Assembly (NCBI GenBank): GCA_951406725.2
Contig: OX597818.1
Span: 15,190,001 to 15,254,000, forward strand
Direction of reading: 5' to 3'
DNA length: 64,000 nucleotides
Source of the DNA: Octopus vulgaris
Taxonomy: Eukaryota
Under the pieces are notes generated by a model that worked only from the letters and a program-made list of their open reading frames with translations, searched no databases and had not been told where the DNA came from. Position 1 is the stretch's first letter. The number at the start of each line of letters is the position of its first letter. The position numbers and the translations under genes are program-made. Shown here piece after piece: positions 1 through 12,672 of this stretch.

Positions 1-197
1 GACATACTCATTGGTTCGTTTGTTCAAGATATGTACCCAGTAGGCACTTCATGAAACTCCAACAGTCTCTTGTATAAATCTTTAGAAAAGAAATACCACC
101 AGATTTGAGTTATTGATAGGCTGCAGTTGTTCAGCCACTGAACCAAATGCACATTGTGTTATTTTATAATATCACTTCACTTTTAACTTTATTTCAG

Positions 198-344
198 AAT
201 AAGATCCTCATAATATGTGAAAGGAATTCAGTTGTAGAGTTTGAAACACCACAAGAAGCAGAGTTTGATACTGAACATACATACTTCCTCGAAGCGCTGA
301 AACCAAGAATTTACACATTTAAAAGTATAAAATCAATCCTACTG
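198..344 (+). CDS. CFAP44: CFAP44/WDR52 coding exon (1st in window), NKILIICER...SIKSILL
   Basis: tttcag acceptor, gtgagt donor, 147 nt, phase 0 to 0; joins in frame to the next exon. Confidence 0.85.
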
Positions 345-646
345 GTGAGTGATGAATTTAATTGAACTATAACAGCAAATGACATTATGATTATTCAAAA
401 CAATAAAATATTAGATAAAAAGATTGGATGTCACATACAAACAGAAGAGTTTATGCTTTAGATTGCAGGACTGTTTCTGGATTTTGCCTTGAGTTATTAG
501 TAGAGCCAAAAGTGCAACATTTGGCACTTATAATGAAAACATGAGCTCTGCAAACTACATTGCATACTACGCATTTAGGATGGCAGCAACTCTAAATAAA
601 GACTGATACTGATACAGATCTGGGGGGAACCTTTAGTGTTGATGTA

Positions 647-1502
647 CAGGGTACTTGGGCTAAATTTGAAAGTTTCCATAAAAGGAAAAGAAAACACGAT
701 ATCCCATCCAAAATAAAACCATTCTAAAAAATAAAAAAATATCAATTAAATTATGGCTGGGAGGCAAAAGTTTCTCAAAGTAGATGCCCTCAGCTTCCAT
801 GATGGCCTTAAGATTGTTCTAAAAACTGGTGCTCATTTTCCTCACTGTGTCCCTGGGAAGATCATAAAACACCTCTTTGATCTTGGCCACCAACTTGGCC
901 TTATTTTCATTAGCAGAGTGGTTGGTGCCTTTCTCAACAGCACTCCACACATAAATAATCCATGGGATTACAATCAGGGGGTTAACAGTTTAGAAATTAT
1001 AGCTGGTGAAGTTGTAGAAATTCTCTGATAATTACTTCTGCCTCTTTCTGGAAGTATGGCAAGGAGCTGAATTTTGTTGCCACACACTTGGCCTTCCAGT
1101 AGCAATCCTTTCCAGCCAAGATTGACCACAGTCTTTGGCAGCTTCACATATCTGATCAAATTGAGCCTAAGGCCCTGTTCAAAGATATGGGCATGAATTC
1201 CAGTGTGCAGACATAGTTAGAACACCTGCAGTTGTCCATGTTATGTCTTTACAGCCTTTACAGTGTTCACAGAGCAAGAGCAGTACTCATGATGATAGCC
1301 AGCACAAATCATCATGATACAAGCAACTCAATTCTAATATTTAGATGGCTTCCAATCTTCCATGTCAGCTAACATTTTCTCAACTACAACTTTAATCTTT
1401 TTGTTACTGAAGGCTGTTGACTTTTCATCAATACATCAAGGTGTTTCTAAAGAAAAGAAAAAAAAAGACATAAACATTTTAAAATTTAGTTCAAATACCT
1501 TG
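647..1502 (-). mobile_element. Decayed Tc1/mariner-type DNA transposon
   Basis: TA|cagggtacttgggctaaattt ... aaatttagttcaaataccttg|TA imperfect TIRs; disrupted transposase-like interior. Confidence 0.6.
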
Positions 1503-2247
1503 TAGATATTGACTCTATTGCTAGTGATGTGATAAAATGAATATTATCCATGCTGGATGGCAGTCACATCAAGGCCAGGTTTTCCTATTGTTGTGTGTGC
1601 CTGATGATGACACTCAGTAAAACCTGTTCAAACCATACAAGCAAGAAAAGTTAATGTATAGTGATGACGGTGATGATAAAGATGATGATGATGTGAGGCA
1701 TGTTTTGACTACTAATTCTAGCATACTTCTAATTATGGAATATCATACCATAGCATCTTAACAAAGAGACAGACACATTAGATAATGAAGTCCTAAATAC
1801 ACTTCAGAAGACAAGGTGGATATGGCTGGAACATCTCTCATTCTAGGTCTATTCAAGGAGAGTTGACCTACAGTTAAACAACAATGAAACACGTCTTAAG
1901 CAGAATATATTCTTATAAAAATGTGATTGATTTTCCACCTCGTGTACTTGTTTTACCATTTCTTGCAAACAATATTTTCAAGGTTATCCTGGATTAGATG
2001 GAACTACAAAATTTTTGGATGCGAATATTGAGTTTCCTTTTCCTTCTATGCAAACTTTCAAATTTAACCCAATTACCCTGTACACCAGGGCTTAAGAATC
2101 CTCTCAGATCTGTATCAGTTCTTATTTGGACTTGCTGCCATCTTAAGTGGGTTGTTTGTTCTATTTTCATATTGCATTTTTCACTTTGTCTTTTCAGTTA
2201 CTGAGGTAATGAAGGAAGCCTCATTTAATATTTAGAAGCTTTTAGCC

Positions 2248-2440
2248 TGGTGAGCTGGCAGAATCATTAACATGCCAGGCAAAATGCTTAGTGCCATTTT
2301 ATCTGTCTTTATGTTCTGAGTTCAAATTCCATTGAAGCTGACTTTACCTTTCATCCTTTCGAGGTTGATAAAGTATGTACCAGTTGAGCACTGGGGTTGA
2401 TGTAATGGACTTAACCACACCCCTGAACTTGCTGGCCTTA
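2248..2440 (+). mobile_element. tRNA-derived SINE family B (ggtgagctggcagaatc...gagttcaaattcc). Other copies ~9055-9450, 17515-17746(-), 21028-21200, 25400-25615, 27511-27730, 30310-30505, 40073-40280(-)
   Basis: Recurrent sequence with A-box/B-box-like motifs. Confidence 0.75.
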
Positions 2441-2564
2441 GTATTTACAAGCCCTACGTTGACTTCATTTAAAATTGCTTGCTACCTAAGAAGAAAACCA
2501 AAACAATGGCCTTCAAAGATCTCTTATATATAAGACATCTACATATTCCAGCTAATGCAGACCC

Positions 2565-2600
<36 letters not shown>

Positions 2601-3529
2601 GTAAATATGTACAGAGAGTGTGACTTAGATAATAGATAGACAGCTTGGTAGATAAATAGACAGGCAGACATACTGACATGAAGGTATATGTTCATCATCA
2701 TCATCATCATTTAACAGCCACTTTCCATACTGACATGGGTTAGACGATATGATTGAAAACTGGTAAGCCAGAGAGCTGCACCAGGTTCCTGTCTGATTTG
2801 GCTTGGTTTCTATGGCTGGATGCCCTTCCTAACACCAACTACTCCAAGAGTGTAATGGGTGCTTTTCACATGCCATTGGCATAGGTGCCATTTATATACA
2901 CTGGCAATAGGAACAACGATGATTTCACTTGGTTTGCCAAACCACATGATGCTTGTAAATAAGTATCACTATCATACAAACAGCATTATCCATTTCCGCT
3001 TTCCCTTAAAAATGTGTCAGGCCATTAGAAAATTTGGTCCATGCATGCTTGGAAAAGTTGGCATTAAGATGATGATGATGGAAATGGTAAAGAAGCACCC
3101 AGCACACACTGCTAAGTGGTTGGTGTTAGGAAAAGCATCCGGCTTTAGAAACCATGCCGCAATAGACAGTTGGAGTCTGGACATCTTCCTGCTAACCAGC
3201 TCCATGTCAAATCGTCCAACCCATGCCAGCATGGAAAGCAGATGTTAACAATAATGGTGATGTGTGTGTTTGTGTGCATTTGTGTGTGTGCATGTGTGCA
3301 CGCACTTGTGTGTATGTATAAATATATGCACATACATGTATATGTATGTATGTAAATATGTATGCATGTAAAAGCCTTGCAAATCTCTCACTCTGACTGT
3401 ATACCTTTTTTTTTACCTCTCTGATACTATGAATTCCAGTGCTTTCTACTGCTTAACCAGATTAGATTCTGCAAATTCAGCATCTAATAATCTACAGATA
3501 ATTTGCGATAATTTCAGTCAGTATATATA

Positions 3530-3942
3530 CTCTTTTACTCTCTTTTACTTGTTTCAGTCATTTGACTGCGGCCATTCTGGAGCACCACCTTTAGTCGAGC
3601 AAATCGACCCCAGGACTTATTCTTTGTAAGCCTAGTACTTAGAATAAGTCTCTTTTGCCGAACCGCTAAGTTACGGGGACGTAAATACACCAGCATCGGT
3701 TGTCAAGCGATGTTGGGGAGACAAACACAGACGCACAAACACACACACACAGGGAGAGGCACATACACATATATATACATATATACGACGGGCTTCTTTC
3801 AGTTTCCGTCTACCAAATCCACTCACAAGGCTTTTGTCGGCCTAAGACATTTGCCCAAGGTGTCACGCAGTGGGACTGAATCCGGAACCATGTGGTTGGT
3901 AAGCAAGCTACTTTACGACACAGCCACTCCTACGCCTATATT
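3530..3942 (-). mobile_element. tRNA-derived SINE family A (internal TA/TG microsatellite, gtaaaaga tail). Other copies ~5713-6115, 6873-7145, 36340-36650(-), 43533-43943, 49791-50175, 54510-54950(-), 58620-58790
   Basis: Many near-identical copies; head ggcgcaggagtggctgtgtgg...ggttcagtccc. Confidence 0.85.
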
Positions 3943-4012
3943 CTTATATATATATTCTTTTATTCTTTCATTTGTTTTAGTCATTTGACTGCGGCCATGC
4001 TGGAGCACCACC

Positions 4013-4048
<36 letters not shown>

Positions 4049-4299
4049 CACACACATACACACACATGCAATTAATGTGAGTTTGGAGGGATATATAATC
4101 TGGACGGATATCATAGTGGTTCTCAGTTATGTTCCAAGTTATGGCTAACTGCATTGATTAGTATTTAATGTCATGCTGTAAATCCCTCTGAAGGGTAATT
4201 CTGTGTTCGCTTCTCTAGATGGTAATATTATCTGGAGTGTATATTAGCAATGATTATAACAATATAGAATATGGAGATTTGTTCATTCCCAAAATTTAT

Positions 4300-4530
4300 T
4301 TCCTTTATTTTGCAATTTCATACAACATATTTTCATGGTTATTACAACCTACATGTGTTCCATGCACAGAGTACAGACAGTAGCTAATGGACAGAACATG
4401 AATGAAGCTGCACAGAAAATTATGCCTGGTTTTATGTGCAACTGCCTGTATGTACTTTGCATAGTTGAAACACATGTAGGTCGTAACAACCATAAAAATG
4501 TGCTGTATGAAATTATAAAATAAGAGGAAG
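4300..4530. repeat. Fold-back element with ~80-bp imperfect inverted arms
   Basis: ttattttgcaatttcatacaacatattttcatggttattacaacctacatgtgtt is matched in reverse complement at ~4468-4523. Confidence 0.75.
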
Positions 4531-4595
4531 TAAATCTTGATGATGTACAAGTCTCCTTATTCTATATCATTATAATGATTACTACTCTCTCTCTT

Positions 4596-4628
<33 letters not shown>

Positions 4629-4629
4629 G

Positions 4630-4817
4630 ATAGATATGATAGATCGTTAGCTACTACACACATTTTTTTTCTCTTCTTGTTTTTCTGTGTACCTTTCTGT
4701 AGAAGAGCATAGGCTCAAAACGTATAAGACTTTTTCTATTCCTGAGCACTATACTAATACATCTGTTTGTTTGTACACCACCTGCCTTTGTCTTTCACTT
4801 ATTTTCGTAAACTTTCC

Positions 4818-4822
<5 letters not shown>
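4630..4822 (+). mobile_element. Short repeat inserted in (TA)n, with a degenerate hammerhead-like core; same 3' end at ~63462-63552
   Basis: Shared tgtttgtttgta..ccacctgcctttgtcttt...aaac/gcttccc.ttatata end. Confidence 0.55.
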
Positions 4823-4886
<64 letters not shown>

Positions 4887-4987
4887 GGACTTCTTTCAGC
4901 CTCTGTCCACCAACCCTACACACAATATAGAAACATTTCTCATGGCCCCCACCATTTCCTAATTAGAAATCTTTGTTGTTTTGGCAG

Positions 4988-5108
4988 CATGAAGAAGAGT
5001 TGGAAATTGAAAGGAAGTTAGAAGAAGAGCGTCTCCAAATGGAAGAACTGGAACGTCAGAGACGTAGAGACCATGGCGAGGAATCGGATCCAGAAACTGA
5101 AGAAACTG
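4988..5108 (+). CDS. CFAP44: CFAP44 exon 2 (Glu-rich, HEEELEIERK...ETEET)
   Basis: ggcag acceptor, gtatga donor, 121 nt, phase 0 to 1. Confidence 0.85.
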
Positions 5109-5199
5109 GTATGACTCTTTATTGGCTCTATTTTGGAATAAAAAAACAAGAGTGTTCCAACAGTTTCACAGAGTAAAAGACAGTGGTTTGAAATTGGCA

Positions 5200-5503
5200 T
5201 GTAAAAAGCACCATCAGAACGTGGTTGATGCCAGCGCTGCCTGACTGGCATCAGTATTGGTGACACTTAAAAAGCACCAACCGATCATGGCCATTTGCCA
5301 GCCTCCTCTGTCCCCTGTGCCGGTGGAATGTAAAAAGCACCCACCACACTCATGGAGTGGTTGGCGTTAGGAAGGGCATCCAGCTGTAGAAACACTGCCA
5401 GATGAGACTGGAGCCTGGCACAGCCTCTTGGCTTCCGAGACCCCATTCAAACTGTCCAACCCATGCTAGCATGGAAAACGGACGTTAAACGATGATGATG
5501 ATG
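5200..5503 (+). mobile_element. SINE family C ((GAT)n tail). Other copies ~2693-2880(-), 22812-23240(-), 46771-46960(-), 53031-53290(-)
   Basis: Recurrent gagtggttggcgttaggaagggcatccagctgtagaaac...ggacgttaaacgatgatgatg. Confidence 0.75.
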
Positions 5504-5509
5504 GCAGAG

Positions 5510-5582
5510 TTTTATGGCCAGATAATCTTCCTGTTTTATGGCCAGATAATCTTCCTGTTTTATGGCCAGATAATCTTCCTGT
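5510..5582. repeat. 24-bp tandem repeat x3
   Basis: (ttttatggccagataatcttcctg)3. Confidence 0.9.
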
Positions 5583-6570
5583 TACCATTTTCACTTGTCA
5601 TGATGGCAGTCATTTACTACTATCCCATGATATCAAGACAAGGAGAAATACAGGCATACACACAAGCACACACACACACACACACACACACAAAGATGCT
5701 TTTATTTTCTGTCAGGAGTGGCTGTATGGTAAGTAGCTTGCTTACCAACCACATGGTTCCTGGTTCAGTCCTACTATGTGGCACCTTTAGCAAGTGTTTT
5801 CTACTTTAGCCTCAGGCCGACCAAAGCCTTGTAAGTGGATTTAGTAGATGGAAACGGAAAGAAGCCCGTTGCATATATGTATATATATATATGTATGTGT
5901 GTGTAAATGTTTGTGTCTATGTTTGTCCCCCAACATCACCTGACAAGCGATGCTAGTGTGTTTACGTCCCCGTAACTTAGTGGTTCAGCAAAAGGAGACC
6001 GATAGAATAAGTACTAGGCTTACAAAGAATAAGTCCTGGGGTTGATTTGCTCGACTAAAGGTGGTGCACTAGCATGGCCACAGTCAAATGACTGAAACAA
6101 GTAAAAGAAAAAAAGAACCAAATGCATTCACAAAGTTTTGGTCAGCCTGGCTCAAATGTGCCACACATTGGGACTGAACCTGAAACTATATGGTTGGGAA
6201 GCGATCTTCTTAACCACACAGCCATGGCTATACCTACATTCTAAGCACTGTATTTGCTAACATATAAGATGCACTTTTTTACCTATGTCTCCAAAAAAAT
6301 CATCCCAGTCTTATATGCAAAGTTGAGTCTCCTATGAGCTTTTAATGCACTAAAAGCTTTTCTCCTAAATATGCACTGCTGAACATAAGATGTGGCTTTT
6401 ATGCTGTCAAATATGGTATACACTCTAATGATAATGGTAGTAGTCTAGAAACATTATGATCTCATCAATGTTAAACAGATTTAAAATATGTATATGAAGT
6501 TTATTTTTGTTTTCCCACCTCTTCCATTGCCTTGTGTGATTGTCTTGTCTTTGCCTGTTCTTTTATTTAG

Positions 6571-6695
6571 AAGAAAAAGAAGAATCTAAAGAAGAGGTTG
6601 TAGAAGATACCTGGGAACCGTACATCCCTGAAGTTCCTAGTCCCATCTTATGTGGCATGTATTCTCCAGATGGGAGAACTTTCTGGTTGACATTG
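6571..6695 (+). CDS. CFAP44: CFAP44 exon 3 (WEPYIPEVPSPILCGMYSPDGRTFWLTL)
   Basis: Polypyrimidine tract + tttag acceptor, gtatgt donor, 125 nt, phase 1 to 0; PSPILCG.YS...FW.L resembles vertebrate CFAP44 as I recall it. Confidence 0.92.
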
Positions 6696-7653
6696 GTATG
6701 TTTATAACACACTACATGACACCATCATTATTGCTTTAAAGTTAGCTATTTTTTTTTATTCTCATGTTGGCACGGGCTGGATGAAGCTTATCAAGGTAGA
6801 ATTCTATGACTGGATGCCTTTCCTGCTACCAACTCTTACCCATTTTTCATATCAGGCATTTTTATTCCTATTAGTAGATGGAAACTGAAAGAAGCCCATC
6901 GCATATATGTATATATATATATGTATGTGTGTGTAAATGTTTGTGCCTATGTTTGTCCCCCAACATCACCTGACAAGCGATGCTAGTGTGTTTATGTCCC
7001 CGTAACTTAGCGGTTTGGCAAAAAGAGACTGATAGAATAAGCACTAGGCTTACAAAGAATATGTCCTGGGGTCGATTTGTTCGACTAAAGGTGGTGCTCT
7101 AGCATGGCCACAGTCAAATGACTGAACTAAGTAAAAAAAAAAAGAACCAAATGCATTCACAAAGTTTTGGTCTGCCTGGCTCAAATGTGCCAAAACAGTG
7201 GGACTTTTCAAGATAGTCAATTCATACATTGAAGCTGTCAAATAACAGAATGTATTGCTTGCAAGAAATGATTGTCAATAAGAGACATAGCCATAACACC
7301 ACTATCAACTAAATAACATCACACAAAACAGAGTAATAGTGATTCACATACCTGCATTGACACACACATGCACACACTTATAAATAGATGTACACTCACA
7401 TGCATCTACACACATATATAGACATGCACATTTTTACACATACATAAATAACAAGCTTTCATACAGTTTCAATGTACCAATTTCACTTCCCAGGCATTAG
7501 TCAGACCAAAATTTATACAAAAACATTTGCCCAAGGTGCTACCCAGACACCATAAATGTATGTAATCAATAGCAATAATAATTTCTAACTATCAACTAAT
7601 TGTAATATTGCCTGATATTACTATGTACAGTGACAAACATATTCTCAACATTA

Positions 7654-8935
7654 TGAGGGTTGGTTGAAAAGTTCATAGGCTGATCAAGATACCCTCATGA
7701 GCTGTGACCAAAATGAGGTTTATTTTTCAACATAATCCTTCTGGTGGTCCACATACTTCTTTCATTAGAGTTACAATGCTTGAATCCTATTGGCGAAGAA
7801 GCTTTCATCCTATCCTGTTGGTCAGAAAAGTCATCAACAGCAGATATGAGATCATCATTACTATGATACTGGCTCCCAGCCTAGTGTTTTTTTCATGTCA
7901 GGGAACAAATGATAGTCAGATGGAGCCAGATCAGAAGAATAGGGACAGTGATCAACCAGCTGAAAGCCACAGTCATGCACAGCACCTACTGAAAGCAAGC
8001 ATGGTCCTAATGAAACAAGACCACTTTTGTCAGTTTCCCTGTGCATTTGATCTTGATAGCCTATCATAACTGCCTCAGCAAGTTGGCATAGTACTCTTCA
8101 TTGATGGTGTGGCCCTTTTCAAGATAGTCAATAAACATAATGATTTTTGCATCCCCCAAAAAAGGAAGCCATCATATTCCCTGCAGATGAAGCAACCTTG
8201 GCCTTCTTTGGAGCTGGTGAGGAGGGGTGTTCCCACTGCATTGATTGTCTCTTTGTCTCTGGTTCAAAATGATGAAGCCATCACTCATCTTGGCTAAGGA
8301 AACTTTGGGGAAACCAGCTGGATCTGCCTCAAACAATGAAAGATTTTGCTGTGATATGATTATCCTGGTGTACTTTTGATAAGGTGTCAGAAGACGTGAC
8401 TCCCACTGAGCAGAAACCTTCATCATGCCAAGCTCATTGTGCAGAATATTCTCAACTTTCTCACTGGATATGCGAATAGCATTGGCTATCTGATTTCTAG
8501 TCAGTTACTTGTCATCTATCACTGTGTCGTGAGCATAGTCAGTTTTCTTTGGTGGTGGCAGTTGCAGGATGTCCAGACTTTGGGTAATCTTCAAGACTCT
8601 CCCTTCCCCTCCTCAATATAGCGGCCTACTTTTGAACTGTTAATAAAGTTGGAGCATCATCCCCTAATGCAGCAACCTTGTCAGCATGAATGTCCTTGAG
8701 GTTAAAGCATTTTTCTGTGGGTACTTGATAACATCACAATGCCAAATTTTGTCCATTTTCAAGAGAAGATGCTACTAGTTAATTTGAAGTATTCTTTGAA
8801 CAGTCAGATGTCAATTTACCTGGAACAAAAAAATGCAGTTATTGAAAAGTAGAGTTGAAACTAATACATGCAAGATTTCACAGCTCTAGCATAACTCCTT
8901 CATAGTTACTTAATGAACTGTTCAGTCCACCCCTG
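7654..8935 (-). mobile_element. Mariner transposon relic (~1.28 kb)
   Basis: HCPYSSDLAPSDYHLFPDMKKTLG matches the mariner YSPDLAPSD motif; imperfect TIR tgagggttggttgaaaagttcat / atgaactgttcagtccacccctg. Confidence 0.85.
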
Positions 8936-10739
8936 TGCTTATCATATGAGTAATACTCTAGTTAGTATATAGTGACCAAAGGAGATAAATCCAGTTAGAA
9001 TGGAATTATTTCACTTTGGGGAATGGACAAACAGTAACAGAGTTGGATGCATTAAAGGCGGTGAACTGGCAGAAACGTTAACACGCCAGGCGAAATGCTT
9101 AGTATTTCGTTTGTCTTTACGTTCTGAGTTCAAATTCCGCCGAGGTCGACTTTGCCTTTCATTCTTTCGGAGTCAATTAAATAAGTAGCAGTTACGCACT
9201 TGGGTCAATATAATCGACTTAATCCGTTTGTCTGTCCTTGTTTGTCCCCTCTGTGTTTGGCCCCTTGTGGGTAGTAAAGAAATAGGTATTTTGTCTACTT
9301 TTATGTTCTGAGTTCAAATTCCACCTAGGTCGACTTTGCCTTTCATCCTTTCAGGGGTCAATAAATTAAGTACCAGTTGCATACTGAGGTTGATCTAATC
9401 GACTGACCCCACTCCCCCAAAATTTCAGGCCTTCAGTCTAGAGCAGAAAAGAATAGAGATGAACACATTAATAGATTGTAATTGTGACTTGGATGGAAAC
9501 TTTTTCTACCACAGGTAAAAGCCATCTACTTCTAACCAATATCTCGGTAAATGATGGCAGTAGGTTAAATAATGAAAATCAGCATGGAATTTGAATATCT
9601 AACCTATAAGTTAATTTCTTCCCTATGAGTGAACTGTACAGTAAACTAATGTAGCCCCTCTTATCATCAGGAATGTTAATTTATAGTGCATTACATTCTG
9701 AATCACTTTTTAAAATGGTAATCCAAATGTTCTTTCCTGTAAAGTAGACCAGGATCACTTCAGCTATCACAAATACCACAGTCACCTTCCCCGCCGACAT
9801 CCTAACCACTAGGCCATGCACCATCATACACACCCACACTCACACACACACACACATATGTGCACGTATGTGTGCATGTGCGCACACACACATGCACATA
9901 CACAGACACACACACACACACACACACACTAACTTAAAAGCCACCCTCCATGCAGACTTTTCAGTGAGGGCTAACTGGGCCTGCAGCACAAATGTAAAAA
10001 GAGCAAAATTGCATGACTACCATACACCTATAATGACCATATGCCCTGGTGGTGTTTGATCAGAGGTTAAGGGTGGATGAAAATTAATTCCGTAATCCAC
10101 TCATTCTATTGTTCCAGTCCCAAGTTGAATTCCAACTGTTGGCTAATTTGTCCCAAAGTTCTTATCTCAATGTAAAATTAATGAAGCAAATGTTCTTTTT
10201 CTCCTGCTTGATCTCTGACATCATCTGACAAATGCCAACCAAGATGGCATGAATCAGCCAAGCATTACCTGCTAGAAATAGCAGCCCAAATGCTTTCAAA
10301 CCAGATTCTAATGCTGGATGTTCAAGAATCAAATGAAGGGCAAATTTTCAATCTTGGGATTATCCTGATTCCAAAAATGTATAATATGTCTAAGCTGAAG
10401 AAATGTAAACTGAGATACAGGGGTCCCGAACAGACAGACAGGATTTCGTGTTTATTTATACAGATGTGTATGTCTGTATGCATATGTATGAGTAAGTAGC
10501 TTCCCAATTACGTGGCTCTGGATTCAGACCGATTGAGGGGTACCTTGGGCAAGCATCTTCAACTATAGCACTGAGCTGAACAAAGCCTTGTGAGTAGATT
10601 TGGTAGTTGGAATCTGAAAGAAGCCTATCTAATATTTATATCTATGCATGTGTGTGTGTGTGTGTGTGTATGTACATATATATATACATAATTGCATAAA
10701 TGTACACATCCACACACACACACACACGCACACACACAT

Positions 10740-12627
10740 ATAATTAGATGAAGGTAGTTATGGCCAGTCTATAGAGTTACCCAGGATTTCATGTGGATAA
10801 AGTGCTTAGCTTTAAGGAGTTTCTTAAGACCCTAATGGCTAGTGGCCTATAACCTCTCTTCAAAGTGGAGTGAGAAAAGACCTTGTAGCTACTTGTTGAA
10901 CACTTGGACAAAGGGTTAAGCAGGATGGATTGTCTCCCTTAGATCACTATCTGTAATCAACATGGTCGGCTTGTGGGTTCCAGGACGTCATAGGTTCACA
11001 GGTACTGATGCATTTTCAACAGACACAAACTAAGAGCCTCTTTTAGTTGTGACCCTAATATTAAGAGTATTTTAGTTAAAATCCCTAGACTATAAGTGAA
11101 AGTCTCTGCTTATGCAGAGACTACAGGAGATCCCAATGGGAGGCCAATGTGAAACCAAGGGGTTTATTTACCAAGCTGATGTGGTATCTGACACTAATAG
11201 CAGCAGCAGCTTTCCCAACTACTACTACACTAGCAGAGATGGCTGTATTAATGGCAATAGCAACAGCTCTAACAGAAATAGCAGCAGAACCATCGCTAAT
11301 GAAGATGCTAATAATGATAACGATAATAACAATGACTCTAATAACAACCATCACCAGTATAGTACCAATAACAGCTCCAACAGCAATGACAAGAGCCATA
11401 GCAGCACCAACAGAGTCGGAACCAACACGACCACCAATGATGTCCCCTGTGCCAGTATTAACGATGCCAACACCAAGACTAACACCAACAACACCAGCAC
11501 CAGTGAAGCTGCAATGGCCCAGTGGTTAGGGCAATGGACTCGCAATCATAAGAACACGGTTTCAATCCCCAGACTGGGCATTGTGAGTGTTTATTGAGCA
11601 AAAACACCTGAGCTCCACGAGGCTCCGGTGGGGTGGGGAGATGGGGGAACCCTGCTGTACTCTTTCACCACAACTTTCTCTCACTCTTTCTTCCTACTTT
11701 TGTCACAAAGCAGAGGAACCATGGTTTAAACCACTATGGTGTGGTAAACTTTCAGACCCTAGTCTAGATTGCGAATCCTCTGTACCCCAGGATGGTTCAG
11801 CTCTCCACCCGTTAAAAGCCACTGTTTACGGAATGTGGATATCAATGTAGCATTTGCACCTGTGCAACCACCAGTCTATTGCATGCAGTGGGTGGATCTT
11901 CAAGTTGCCACACGCATTCTTAGTAGCTTAGAGTAGGCTCGAATTAGAGATTATTGTTTGTGGTTAATGGCATGAGTCCTGATTTGAAGAAGACACCAGC
12001 ACCAGCAACAGCAGAAGTTGCAGTGTCAACATCAACAGAAGTAGCATCGCCAGCAGTGATATACAAAGATACATTGGTTGTTAAAGAAACACCTTCAAGT
12101 AGCTCCTTTCAGACCACAGGTCCTCATTCAGGATCCCACAGTGTCGATATGCCACTACTTAGGCCAGTCATGTGTGGTGCCTGAAGAATGAAGGGACTCC
12201 ACATAATCTCATGGAAGATCCTAGAAGAACTGAGCCCCTACATCAACAGGAGAAAGTGCTGCAAGTTGTACATAGCTGAATGGGTGAGAATATCAAAAAA
12301 CTCCTTTGATCCAGGGAACATATCAAATTCCAGGCCAAAAGTCTTCAAACCCTGTTTACACTTCAGGAGATTCCTATTGAAGTTCTGGAAACCACAAGCT
12401 GACCACATAAAGTATAGATAACGATCTAAGGGAGACAATCCCTCACACTTTACCCTTTGTCCTTGTATTCAAGAAGTAGCTACAAGGTCTTTTCTCCCTC
12501 CGATGGGAAGAGAAGTTACAGGCCTTTGGCCATTAGGGTCTGAAGGAATACCATAAAGCTAAGCATTTTACAGCCATGAAACTCCGAGTAACCCCATTGA
12601 CCAGCCATAACTATCTTTATCTAATTA
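10740..12627 (+). mobile_element. Decayed Penelope-like element (PLE) 3' part with inverted pseudo-LTRs (10740-10955 / 12414-12627)
   Basis: PLE-type motifs PMGGQCETKGFIYQADV and PYINRRKCCKL...NSRPKVFKPCLHFRRFLL; ~210-bp inverted terminal repeats; SINE inserted ~11505-11690. Confidence 0.7.
12536..12594 (+). ncRNA. Degenerate type-I hammerhead ribozyme motif in PLE pseudo-LTR (inverted copy ~10774-10832, - strand)
   Basis: GGGT-CTGAAGGA...GAAA-CTC-C-GAG-TA-ACCC: stem I GGGT/ACCC, stem III ACTC/GAGT, GUA triplet. Confidence 0.6.
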
Positions 12628-12672
12628 CTCTACTGCTCTATAGCTTAGAGTGTGCTTCTCAAAAGATTTGCT

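Noticed and set aside
1600-1630. CTGATGA...AAAAC motif
   Set aside because: No GAAA core or supporting helices.
5510-5582. Short regular direct repeats (also 24078-24134 and 39380-39580) resembling CRISPR arrays
   Set aside because: No unique spacers, no cas genes, eukaryotic intron context.
11112-11597. 161-aa Asn/Ser-rich ORF as a nested host gene
   Set aside because: Lies inside the PLE relic and runs into a SINE head.
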